DNA of 64,000 nucleotides from a virus: IMG/VR virus record IMGVR_UViG_3300028388_004281, positions 4,204 to 68,203 of that record; one strand, 5' to 3'. Shown piece by piece: positions 56,518 to 64,000 of this stretch (position 1 is its first letter; each line of letters starts with the position of its first letter). The notes under the pieces were generated by a model. It saw only the letters and a program-made list of their open reading frames with translations, ran no database searches and was not told where the DNA came from. The position numbers and the translations under genes were made by a program.

Positions 56518-56808
56518 ATGCAACGCAAGACCGATCTGGAGATGTGGTGCGGAGCCGTAAGACGCTGCGTAGCTCACAACCGTACCAACTCCGATAAGCG
56601 TAAACCCCGTGCCAATTGTACGGCCTGCTTGCTATGCTGGCTAAGCTACAAACTGGGCACTAGCATCTACTATGACGAGGTAGCGGAGATACTGGACGCC
56701 GTCAGTCCTGGACGTTCCAGGGCGCTACGACGTATCAACCCCGTAGAGTGCTGTAAGGAGCATACCGATGGCAAGCGACATGCTAAGAAGAAGGCTGGCA
56801 CAGGCTGA
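56518..56808 (+). CDS. Hypothetical Cys-containing protein
   Basis: ORF track; operonic. Confidence 0.5.
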   Translation: MQRKTDLEMWCGAVRRCVAHNRTNSDKRKPRANCTACLLCWLSYKLGTSIYYDEVAEILDAVSPGRSRALRRINPVECCKEHTDGKRHAKKKAGTG

Positions 56809-57070
56809 GAGCGCGTCCCTGGTGCAGGCCCAGGCCGAGCAGCATCGGCAGATCATGCAGGAGCAGCAGCATCGGTGGACCCACAACTTCGTCATGGAAA
56901 CCGCCCGCGACTTGTTCGTCAGCGACTTCAACTGGGACAGGGACGACGGGATCCACAGGGACGAGGCCAGGATCGCCTTGGGCAAGGCCAAGCTGATGGC
57001 CGAGGAATTCGGGATCATCATCAAGCAGGCTGCTCACGCGAAGGGAGGGGGTGATGACCACGAAGATTGA
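56768..57070 (+). CDS. Hypothetical protein
   Basis: AAGGAG RBS; ends in junction repeat. Confidence 0.6.
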   Translation: MASDMLRRRLAQAESASLVQAQAEQHRQIMQEQQHRWTHNFVMETARDLFVSDFNWDRDDGIHRDEARIALGKAKLMAEEFGIIIKQAAHAKGGGDDHED

Positions 57071-57557
57071 TCTGACGAGCGTGCTGGAAAAGCACGGCAA
57101 ATGGCTGCGAAACGAAAAAGACGGTGAACGGGCCGATCTCCGCAGGGCCAATCTCAGCGGGGCTGATCTTAGCTGGGCTGATCTTTGCTGGGCCGATCTC
57201 CTCGGGGCCAATCTCCTCGGGGCCAATCTCCGCAGGGCCGATCTCAGCTGGGCCGATCTCCGCAGGGTTGATCTCCGCTGGGCCGATCTCAGCAGGGCCA
57301 GACTCAGCTGGCAATCTCATGCACTCCTGTCCGAGATTCTCGTGCGGGCTGCTGGTGATCACGTCGAGCGCCGGATGCTTGCAGGGCTAGTGGCAGTCAG
57401 CGTCGACTGGTGTTGGGACAGGTTCCTGGCAATCGAGCATCCCCAAAAGCAGTGGGCCATAAACGAACTGACGAAGTGGGTGCGGCCTGAGGATGGTGCA
57501 CCACAGGTGATCCGTGAAGCCGCCGAAGCGAAGGGAGGGGATGATGAAAGATCCTGA
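57054..57557 (+). CDS. Pentapeptide repeat protein
   Basis: [15 protein letters not shown]... repeats. Confidence 0.9.
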   Translation: MTTKIDLTSVLEKHGKWLRNEKDGERADLRRANLSGADLSWADLCWADLLGANLLGANLRRADLSWADLRRVDLRWADLSRARLSWQSHALLSEILVRAAGDHVERRMLAGLVAVSVDWCWDRFLAIEHPQKQWAINELTKWVRPEDGAPQVIREAAEAKGGDDERS

Positions 57558-57756
57558 TGGTTTGCTTTTGCGAATGGCTTTGAGTATGTACTTGGGCGAG
57601 CGGTGCCAAGGCTGCGGAAAGATATTCGATACGGTGGAGTCGCTTGATGATACGGTGTGGTGGCCGCATGATGGCGGACGTATCGGACACAAGACATGTT
57701 TCGAGGCTGATCAAGCGAAGGGAGGAGATGATGAGAACACTGTGTCCGACATGTAG
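57541..57756 (+). CDS. Small Zn-binding protein
   Basis: CQGC...HKTC. Confidence 0.6.
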   Translation: MMKDPDGLLLRMALSMYLGERCQGCGKIFDTVESLDDTVWWPHDGGRIGHKTCFEADQAKGGDDENTVSDM

Positions 57757-57916
57757 CGGAAAAGGGTCAATCGCAGATCCGAAGTGCACGAACTTAACCA
57801 TGGGCTACTGTGGTCCAAACGGCGAGACTATGCCACAGATCATGTGCCAGTCGTGCCAAGGCACGGGATGGGTGGAAAAAGCTCAGTCGCTTTCGGCGGG
57901 AGGGGATGATGAGTGA
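57728..57916 (+). CDS. DnaJ-type zinc-finger protein
   Basis: CPTCSGKG...CQSCQGTG. Confidence 0.65.
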   Translation: MMRTLCPTCSGKGSIADPKCTNLTMGYCGPNGETMPQIMCQSCQGTGWVEKAQSLSAGGDDE

Positions 57917-58142
57917 ACCATGCAAGCAGCGGTGGACAGTGGATGCCGAAAGGAGCTTCGGAGATGGCTGGGTTGTGCGTGACGGCGATGGTCGCGTTCG
58001 TGCCGTCGGCAATACGGAGGAGGAGGCGAGGGGCGCGGCATTCGCCTGCGCCAGAATCGACGGGCTGCGGTTGATCATACACCCCGCAGGGATGGAGGCG
58101 ACAGAACGATATTACAGAGGCAAGGGAGGGGATGAATCATGA
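57906..58142 (+). CDS. Small hypothetical protein
   Basis: Starts in junction repeat. Confidence 0.55.
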   Translation: MMSEPCKQRWTVDAERSFGDGWVVRDGDGRVRAVGNTEEEARGAAFACARIDGLRLIIHPAGMEATERYYRGKGGDES

Positions 58143-58330
58143 AATGGAACGTGTATGTTACAATTCAAGGTCCAGAAGGAACGTCCGAGATTCCAAGCAA
58201 CACCAATCCTATCGACGCGGAAGACATGCAAACTCTGATTCGTGGTTTGGATTTACCTACACCGCAGTTTTTGGGCATACCATTACAGTATGTCGGCCTT
58301 CGTATTGAGCAAGTTAAAGGTGGCGAATGA
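58139..58330 (+). CDS. Small hypothetical protein (AT-richer)
   Basis: ATGA coupling. Confidence 0.55.
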   Translation: MKWNVYVTIQGPEGTSEIPSNTNPIDAEDMQTLIRGLDLPTPQFLGIPLQYVGLRIEQVKGGE

Positions 58331-58339
58331 AGGGAGGGG

Positions 58340-58609
58340 ATGATGAGTTACCTGATTGCACGATTAAAACAGGCGGAGATCGAACAGCAGCGGGTCCAGA
58401 TCGAGCGGCTCACGCAGGAACTAGAATCTATCCGCGCCTACTGGTACGGTGAAATGGAAGCCGCTGCACAGTGGAAGCGCGAACGAGATGAGGCACGTGG
58501 GATAGCAAAATCGCTTTACGCTTGGATGGGAGTAGGGGATGCACTAGAAACGAAGCGAACTGCACTGCGCCACTGCCCGTGGCTGGAGGCGGGAGGGGAT
58601 GAATCGTAA
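58340..58609 (+). CDS. Coiled-coil hypothetical protein
   Basis: QRVQIERL...CPWLE. Confidence 0.6.
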   Translation: MMSYLIARLKQAEIEQQRVQIERLTQELESIRAYWYGEMEAAAQWKRERDEARGIAKSLYAWMGVGDALETKRTALRHCPWLEAGGDES

Positions 58610-58944
58610 TGGTAGTGAGTTGCTCGAAGTGTGCGAGGCAGTGGGTTGGCGCGATAAATGAGCAGTGTCCATGGTGCGAGATCGATCGGCAGCGGGTCCA
58701 GATCGAGCGGCTGCAGGCAGAGATCGCAATAGAGCGACAGGTATCGACTGACATGGGGAAATTATGTGAGCGGTACTACCGAGAACGCAATGCGGCACGG
58801 GATGAGATAGGGCGACTACGAACGGAGCTAGACAAGCGAACTGCGGCAGCAACGTAGATGTACACGATGTTGGGCACGGCAGATCCCATGGAAATGAGAC
58901 TGGAGTTGCTGGGCTACTGTCCCTGGCTGGAGGACACACAATGA
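58609..58944 (+). pseudogene. Paralog of upstream coiled-coil gene interrupted by TAG 58855-58857
   Basis: Shares QRVQIERL; in-frame continuation after TAG ends YCPWLE like the paralog. Confidence 0.5.
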
Positions 58945-59105
58945 CACTAGAGAGCAGAGCGTTGATGACGGCGGCTGCGTTCTTCGTCACCTGCGGGCTG
59001 TACCTGCACGTGCTGCTGGACGACCGGCCGGAGCCGTGGCTGATCATCCCGATGTTCGTCGTGATGTCGGTGATCACGGCGATAGTGGCCGGGGGCAGGA
59101 GGTAG
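58941..59105 (+). CDS. Small two-TM membrane protein (54 aa)
   Basis: GGAGG RBS; two hydrophobic helices. Confidence 0.55.
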   Translation: MTLESRALMTAAAFFVTCGLYLHVLLDDRPEPWLIIPMFVVMSVITAIVAGGRR

Positions 59106-59109
59106 CGGG

Positions 59110-59346
59110 ATGGTGAGGCCTCCGGCATCTCCGGTTCCTCTGGAACGCTGGTGCGGGCACTGCGGCAGGTCGTGCCTCAAGCGCTCCACGCGTGCCAAGT
59201 GCCCGCACTGCCACCACCACGAGCTGTGCGACTATCTTCCCACGCTGCAGCAGATAGAGCAGGCGTGCAAGTTGATCCAGGACGGGTGGTTCGCGGACGG
59301 ACTGTGGGATGATAGCATAATAGGAAGAGAGAGTAGTAGGAGATAG
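59110..59346 (+). CDS. Small Zn-finger protein
   Basis: CGHCG...CPHC; YLPT..QI..AC..I motif as in 56277. Confidence 0.55.
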   Translation: MVRPPASPVPLERWCGHCGRSCLKRSTRAKCPHCHHHELCDYLPTLQQIEQACKLIQDGWFADGLWDDSIIGRESSRR

Positions 59347-59348
59347 TA

Positions 59349-59972
59349 ATGGGAAGTAAGATGATCAAGCCGACTAGGAGGAAACGCAAGGTTGATCTAG
59401 GTGCATTGACGCCGATGCAGCGCATGTTCATTGAGGAGTTACTGGCGGACGAGGGGTTCAGTACAATACAGGCCGCGAAGCGTGCAGGGTATAAGAGTCC
59501 GTCAGCTGTAGCGAATCTACTGAAGAACCCTGAGGTCAATGCGGCGCTGGGACAGGCTCTGCAGGAACGGATCAATCGCTGTAAGTTGACGGCTACGGAC
59601 GTTCTGAACCACCTGCATACTGCGTTGTTCCTGGATCCGCTGGAGTTGTTCGAGTGTACGCCGAACGGTGCGTATGTAGTGCGGTCGCTGGAGGACATAC
59701 CTGCCCATATCAGACGCTGTATCACTAAGATAAAACAGCGCACGCGCATTGTCGGCGAGGATACGGAGGTATACTTAGAGGTTGAGCTAATGTCGAAGGA
59801 TTCGGCGTTGGTCAATGCCATGAAGCATTTAATGCTTGTGAGCCCGGACCAGAGTATGAACGTGAACGTAGGCGGCGTCGACTTGAAGGAGTTGCTGGAC
59901 CGTGTCGAGAAGGAGCGCAACGTCATCGACGGCAGTATCATAGAGAGCATAGCCAATAACGGTAGGAAGTAA
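59349..59972 (+). CDS. terS: Terminase small subunit
   Basis: LTPMQ..F.EE, QAAKRAGY, LLKNPEV. Confidence 0.88.
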   Translation: MGSKMIKPTRRKRKVDLGALTPMQRMFIEELLADEGFSTIQAAKRAGYKSPSAVANLLKNPEVNAALGQALQERINRCKLTATDVLNHLHTALFLDPLELFECTPNGAYVVRSLEDIPAHIRRCITKIKQRTRIVGEDTEVYLEVELMSKDSALVNAMKHLMLVSPDQSMNVNVGGVDLKELLDRVEKERNVIDGSIIESIANNGRK

Positions 59973-61564
59973 TGGCTGTAGCAGACCTAGGCGAAGAAAT
60001 TAGCACGTCGTTCCTGACGGACCCGCTGAAGTTCGCGGCCATGATGTGGCCGGACGTCAGGTTCTACGACAAGCAGGCGGAGGTAATGCAGTCTATCGTA
60101 ACCAACGATGTTACGGTCGTGCCTGCCGGTAATATGCTGGGTAAGGACTTCGTGGCAGGGGCGATTGCGCTGTGGTTCTTCCTGAGTCGCAAGCCATGCC
60201 GTGTCGTTACGACCTCGGCGAAAGACGACCACCTGCGAGTGCTGTGGGGAGAGATTGGCCGGTTCATACAGTTGTCCGCGATTCCGTTGGACTGGCGTCG
60301 TGGTGGACCACTTATATGTAACCACCATGACATCCGTCGTATCGGGTCGGACGGAAGGCGCTGCTCGTTGTCGTACCTGAAAGGCATGGTAGCCAGCGCT
60401 GATAGTATTGCCGCTATGCAGGGCCATCACGTAGCCAACGTAGGAGACAACGTACCACGCACCCTCTTCATAGCAGATGAGGCTAGCAGTGTACCGGACG
60501 ACTACTGGAAAATGGCTACCACGTGGTGCAACCGTGCCTTGATTCTAGGTAACACGTGGCCGTGCTCGAACTTCTTCTTCCGGGCCATCAAGGGCAACCC
60601 GGCCGCCAAGGACCCTGGCGGCACGCTATACAGCAAGGACGGTCGCAGATGCTGGCGCAAGGTGATTCACATTCGCGCTGAAGACAGTCCCAACGTACGT
60701 CTGGCACAGAAGGAAATCCAGGCAGGCCGAGAACCCAGCGGACGGATCATTGTGCCGGGAGTGAAAAGCTATGCGGAGTATCTGAAGAACCGCGAGACGT
60801 GGGACCCGATCCAGCAGTGCGTCTCCTTGGATGCGCAGTTCTACCTCGGAGCGGAGGTAATGATGTATCCGGAGGCGTGGTTGGATCGGGCTCACAGTCT
60901 CGCCGATCGTGGTGCCAGGGGCGGCATGCGAACGATGGGCATTGACACGGCAGAGGGTGGAGACAGCAGCTGCTGGACCGTGGTAGATGAGTATGGGATC
61001 ATTCACCAGCTCAGCACCAAGACGCCTGACACGTCCATGATTGTCAACCAAACATTGTCGCTCATGAACACTTACAACATAGAGGCACGCAACGTGTTGT
61101 TCGATCGCGGCGGTGGCGGCAAGCAGCATGCAGACCGTCTGCGGCAGATTGGGCATAAGGTCAGGACCGTAGGGTTCGGCGAGCAGGCCAGCAATCCCAA
61201 TCAGTACCGGCGTATGCGTACTAGTCGCGAGAAGTCTGAGGACAGCGAAATACGTTATACTTACAAGAACCGTAGAGCGGAGATGTATGGCATACTGCGA
61301 GAGCTGCTAGACCCTGACGTAGGGGACGGATTTGGCATACCTCGTGAGCTGTCTGAGCTACGTAGACAGCTAGCACCTATTCCATTGCAGTTCGACGCAG
61401 AGGGTCGTATGATGCTGTTACCTAAGGACAAGACCACGAGGGACAGCAAGCAATCAACCTTGAAGGAGCTGCTTGGATGCAGTCCCGACGAGGCTGACAG
61501 CCTCGCGCTGGCAGTGTTCGGAATGAAGCGCAAGCAGCGGGCCGCAGTGGCCGCCATGTTCTAG
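59972..61564 (+). CDS. terL: Terminase large subunit
   Basis: AGNMLGKD (Walker A variant), FIADEAS, MGIDTA.GGD, SPDEADSL. Confidence 0.92.
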   Translation: MAVADLGEEISTSFLTDPLKFAAMMWPDVRFYDKQAEVMQSIVTNDVTVVPAGNMLGKDFVAGAIALWFFLSRKPCRVVTTSAKDDHLRVLWGEIGRFIQLSAIPLDWRRGGPLICNHHDIRRIGSDGRRCSLSYLKGMVASADSIAAMQGHHVANVGDNVPRTLFIADEASSVPDDYWKMATTWCNRALILGNTWPCSNFFFRAIKGNPAAKDPGGTLYSKDGRRCWRKVIHIRAEDSPNVRLAQKEIQAGREPSGRIIVPGVKSYAEYLKNRETWDPIQQCVSLDAQFYLGAEVMMYPEAWLDRAHSLADRGARGGMRTMGIDTAEGGDSSCWTVVDEYGIIHQLSTKTPDTSMIVNQTLSLMNTYNIEARNVLFDRGGGGKQHADRLRQIGHKVRTVGFGEQASNPNQYRRMRTSREKSEDSEIRYTYKNRRAEMYGILRELLDPDVGDGFGIPRELSELRRQLAPIPLQFDAEGRMMLLPKDKTTRDSKQSTLKELLGCSPDEADSLALAVFGMKRKQRAAVAAMF

Positions 61565-61576
61565 CAGGAGAATAAG

Positions 61577-63049
61577 ATGCAGAAAGAGTTCACCTTGAAC
61601 GAGCAGAACCGTGTCGCCGATATGGTCTACAATTCCATGCTCAGCCGTCAGGCGCTGCTGAAGCAGCTGATGGACGGCAACTACAGGGATCTGGACCACG
61701 AGTGCCACTATCCCAAGACAAACGACATCGGCTCCGACGTCTTGAAGGAGATGTACGACCGCGAGGCCGTGGCAGCCCGCGTGGTGGAGGTGTACCCGAA
61801 GGAGTCGTGGAAGCTGCAGCCCAGCGTATACGAGAATGAAGATGTAGAGGTAACTACACCGTTCGAGGAGGCGTGGGCCGATCTCAACCGGCAGCTGCGG
61901 GGTGACTCGTACTTCCAGGGCGAGGAGGGAAGCCCGGCGTGGGAGGTGCTGCGGAGGGCCGACGTGCTGAGCGGCATCGGGCGGTTCGGCTGCGTGCTGC
62001 TGGGCATCGACGACGGGCTGGAGTACGTACTGCCGGCCGAGCCCCGCAAGGGCCAGCAGCTGCTGTATGCCCGTCCGTTCGATGAATCGATGATTCTGAT
62101 CACACAGCGGGACGTGGACCCTACGAGCCCGCGCTACGGGTTGCCCACGCAGTACTCCATCACGATGGACGACCCCAACGACGTGGGCGGCTGGGGCGGC
62201 ATCCAGGGCAACCTGCTGGTGCACTGGACCCGAGTGCTGCACGTCGCGGACAACATGCGCAGCAGCGAGGTGTTCGGCACCAGCCGCATGCGACCGGTGT
62301 GGAACCGCTTGGTCGATCTGCGCAAGCTGTACGGCGGATCGGCCGAGATGTACTGGAAGGGTGCCTTTCCCGGCATGTCGATCGAGACGCATCCGCAGCT
62401 GGGAGGCGATGTGGAGATCAACACCACGCAGATCAAGGAGGAGCTGGAGCAGTACATGAACGGGCTGCAGCGCTATCTGTCCAGCAGCGGCATGACCGTG
62501 CAGATGCTGTCGCCCACCGTCAGCGACCCGACGAACCAGATCGAGCGGCAGATAGAGGCCATCTGCGTGGCCATCGCCTGTCCCAAGCGGATCTTCGTGG
62601 GATCCGAGCGAGGAGAGTTGGCATCGAGCCAGGATGCCGAGACGTGGAACTCCAGGCTGGAGGAGCGGCAGAACAGCTACCTGACCCCGCGGGTGATCGC
62701 ACCGTTCGTGGACCGCTTGATCTGGCTGGGTGTGCTGCCGGAGCCCGCCGAGGGCTATCGAATTCACTGGCCGCCGCTGGCCGAGGCCACCGACGCGGAG
62801 AAGGCCGCCGTGGCCGTGCAGCGCACCGATGCCATGAGCAAGTACGTGGCGGGCGGGGTGGACGCGCTGATTGATCCCACCAACTACCTCACGAAGTTCA
62901 TCGGGCTGACGGACGACGAGGTGGTGGAGATCAACGATTCGGTGATGGAGCATGTGGAGGACGGTGGTCTGCCGAAGGCCGAGGGCGAAGAAGAACCAAT
63001 GCCCGGCGAAGAGCCCGAGGACGTGGGCACGGCGGGGGAGGAGGAGTGA
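61577..63049 (+). CDS. Portal protein (DUF1073-type)
   Basis: Follows TerL; VHWTRVLH, P.RI.VGSE.G.LAS..D...W. Confidence 0.88.
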   Translation: MQKEFTLNEQNRVADMVYNSMLSRQALLKQLMDGNYRDLDHECHYPKTNDIGSDVLKEMYDREAVAARVVEVYPKESWKLQPSVYENEDVEVTTPFEEAWADLNRQLRGDSYFQGEEGSPAWEVLRRADVLSGIGRFGCVLLGIDDGLEYVLPAEPRKGQQLLYARPFDESMILITQRDVDPTSPRYGLPTQYSITMDDPNDVGGWGGIQGNLLVHWTRVLHVADNMRSSEVFGTSRMRPVWNRLVDLRKLYGGSAEMYWKGAFPGMSIETHPQLGGDVEINTTQIKEELEQYMNGLQRYLSSSGMTVQMLSPTVSDPTNQIERQIEAICVAIACPKRIFVGSERGELASSQDAETWNSRLEERQNSYLTPRVIAPFVDRLIWLGVLPEPAEGYRIHWPPLAEATDAEKAAVAVQRTDAMSKYVAGGVDALIDPTNYLTKFIGLTDDEVVEINDSVMEHVEDGGLPKAEGEEEPMPGEEPEDVGTAGEEE

Positions 63050-63050
63050 C

Positions 63051-63269
63051 ATGAATCTGCCGGAAACCTCATGCGGATTGCCGCGGGAGACTGTAGAACG
63101 GATGGAGGAGGTGCTGGGGATCACCAGATTGCGTGCCGTGGAGTTTCGTATCGCCGTGGACGAGGTGCCCACGGCCAAGGTGGAATTCGTCATGTCCGTG
63201 GAGCAGTACAGCCAGCTGGTGGAGATGATGATGGAAGGATGCTGGACATCCCGCAATGCTGTGCTCTAG
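63051..63269 (+). CDS. Hypothetical protein
   Basis: GAGGAG RBS. Confidence 0.55.
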   Translation: MNLPETSCGLPRETVERMEEVLGITRLRAVEFRIAVDEVPTAKVEFVMSVEQYSQLVEMMMEGCWTSRNAVL

Positions 63270-63279
63270 GAGATGAACT

Positions 63280-64000
63280 ATGCCGACGCCGACCAGAAGC
63301 GAGACCCGCTCCCACTACATGGGACGATGCGTGCCGTACGTGCTCAAGGAGCGGGGTACCAAGAGTCCGGCCCACGCCGTGGCCAAGTGCTCCGGCATGT
63401 GGGAGCAGCATCGCAAGCGCACGACGACCAACGCGAGGAAGTTGGGCAACCGCATCGATCCCACGCGAACCGGCATGCTTCGGTTGAAGTTCATGCGAGC
63501 CATGGACAAGCGGTTCAACGCCCTCAAGCGTGCGATCGTCAAGTTGGTGGCCGAGGAGGACGCCTTCGGGTTGAAGAACAAGCCCATGAAGCTGACCGTC
63601 CACGAGCGGTGGAAGTTCAACACCACGGGCGAGCAGATGGAGGCGTTCCGGCAGTGGCTACAGATGCAGGTCAACGAGGGCGTGCTGGAGAGCGTGGACC
63701 CGAGCAGGCCTTCGGACATCTGGCTGCAGCAGTACATACAGGAGAGCTACGAGCGGGGGCAGGGCCGGGCGTTCGACGACGCTATGAGGCGCTACTCGCA
63801 GTACTACCAGGAACGCATGGACTTCTATGCGGGAACCAGGGAGCAGTTCCTTCGTAGTTCGTTCCGCAGGCCCGCGTCGATCGAGCGCGTGAGGCAGCTG
63901 GCCGTGCGCAGCTACATGGACTTGAAGGGCGTGACCGAGGCCATGGCCACGTCCATGCACCGCACGCTGATGGACGGGCTGATCCAGGGCAGGGGACCGA
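63280..64000 (+). CDS. Minor head morphogenesis protein (Mu gpF/SPP1 gp7-like), 3' truncated
   Basis: Open from ATG 63280 to window edge; DPTRT..LR..F, Y..G, LKGVT..M. Confidence 0.8.
   Translation, partial: MPTPTRSETRSHYMGRCVPYVLKERGTKSPAHAVAKCSGMWEQHRKRTTTNARKLGNRIDPTRTGMLRLKFMRAMDKRFNALKRAIVKLVAEEDAFGLKNKPMKLTVHERWKFNTTGEQMEAFRQWLQMQVNEGVLESVDPSRPSDIWLQQYIQESYERGQGRAFDDAMRRYSQYYQERMDFYAGTREQFLRSSFRRPASIERVRQLAVRSYMDLKGVTEAMATSMHRTLMDGLIQGRGP

Larger units (their letters stand above)
57041..58603 (+). repeat. Gene-junction repeat (AA)GGGAGGGGATGA, 7 copies
   Basis: Near 57041, 57531, 57718, 57898, 58122, 58330, 58591; encodes (A)KGGD(D/E) C-termini and supplies RBS plus start. Confidence 0.85.
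1..64000. mobile_element. Tailed dsDNA bacteriophage genome (siphovirus-like), near-complete, circularly permuted
   Basis: Terminase, portal, head-tail, tail tube, chaperone, tape measure, PolA and primase-helicase genes in phage order; no host housekeeping genes. Confidence 0.96.

Noticed and set aside
61577-63049. Anti-CBASS Acb1 label often given to DUF1073 proteins
   Set aside because: Position between TerL and minor head gene and its length indicate a portal
1-64000. Genome-wide UGA reassignment (code 4 or 25) as explanation for the 1891 TGA
   Set aside because: Many confident genes end in TGA with ATGA overlaps to the next gene, so any recoding must be site-specific

Overview
The window is most of a long-tailed dsDNA phage (siphovirus-type) genome, circularly permuted. 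It opens inside the head-tail connector gene and ends inside the minor head (gpF/gp7-like) gene, so only the protease/scaffold/major capsid block is missing. No integrase or repressor was found, so the phage is probably lytic. A Planctomycetota host is inferred weakly from protein styles. Layout: (1) 1-19 kb, + strand: head completion, a secreted nuclease/protease/membrane-protein insert, many decoration or lectin-like virion proteins, and the tail (with a G/GT -1 frameshift). (2) 19-30.5 kb: a 13-gene sugar-nucleotide, glycosyltransferase and methyltransferase cluster. (3) 30.8-38 kb, - strand early region: small genes with a repeated RBS-start motif, three hammerhead ribozyme elements, and a structured boxA-containing leader. 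(4) 38.3-56.2 kb: repair, recombination and replication genes, CsrA, PolA, and a putative cytosine-modification cluster (dCMP-type thymidylate-synthase homolog, AsnB-like amidotransferase, dNMP kinase, MazG, dCMP deaminase, dual MTase). (5) 56.3-59.3 kb: a second repeat-joined small-gene array. (6) TerS, TerL, portal and minor head. Top leads are an in-frame UGA followed by an fdhF-like SECIS hairpin that would fuse a serine protease to a collagen-like domain (candidate phage selenoprotein), hammerhead-punctuated gene cassettes, a possible virion glycosylation system with a recurring G-T-A motif in structural proteins, and an uncharacterised base-modification pathway.
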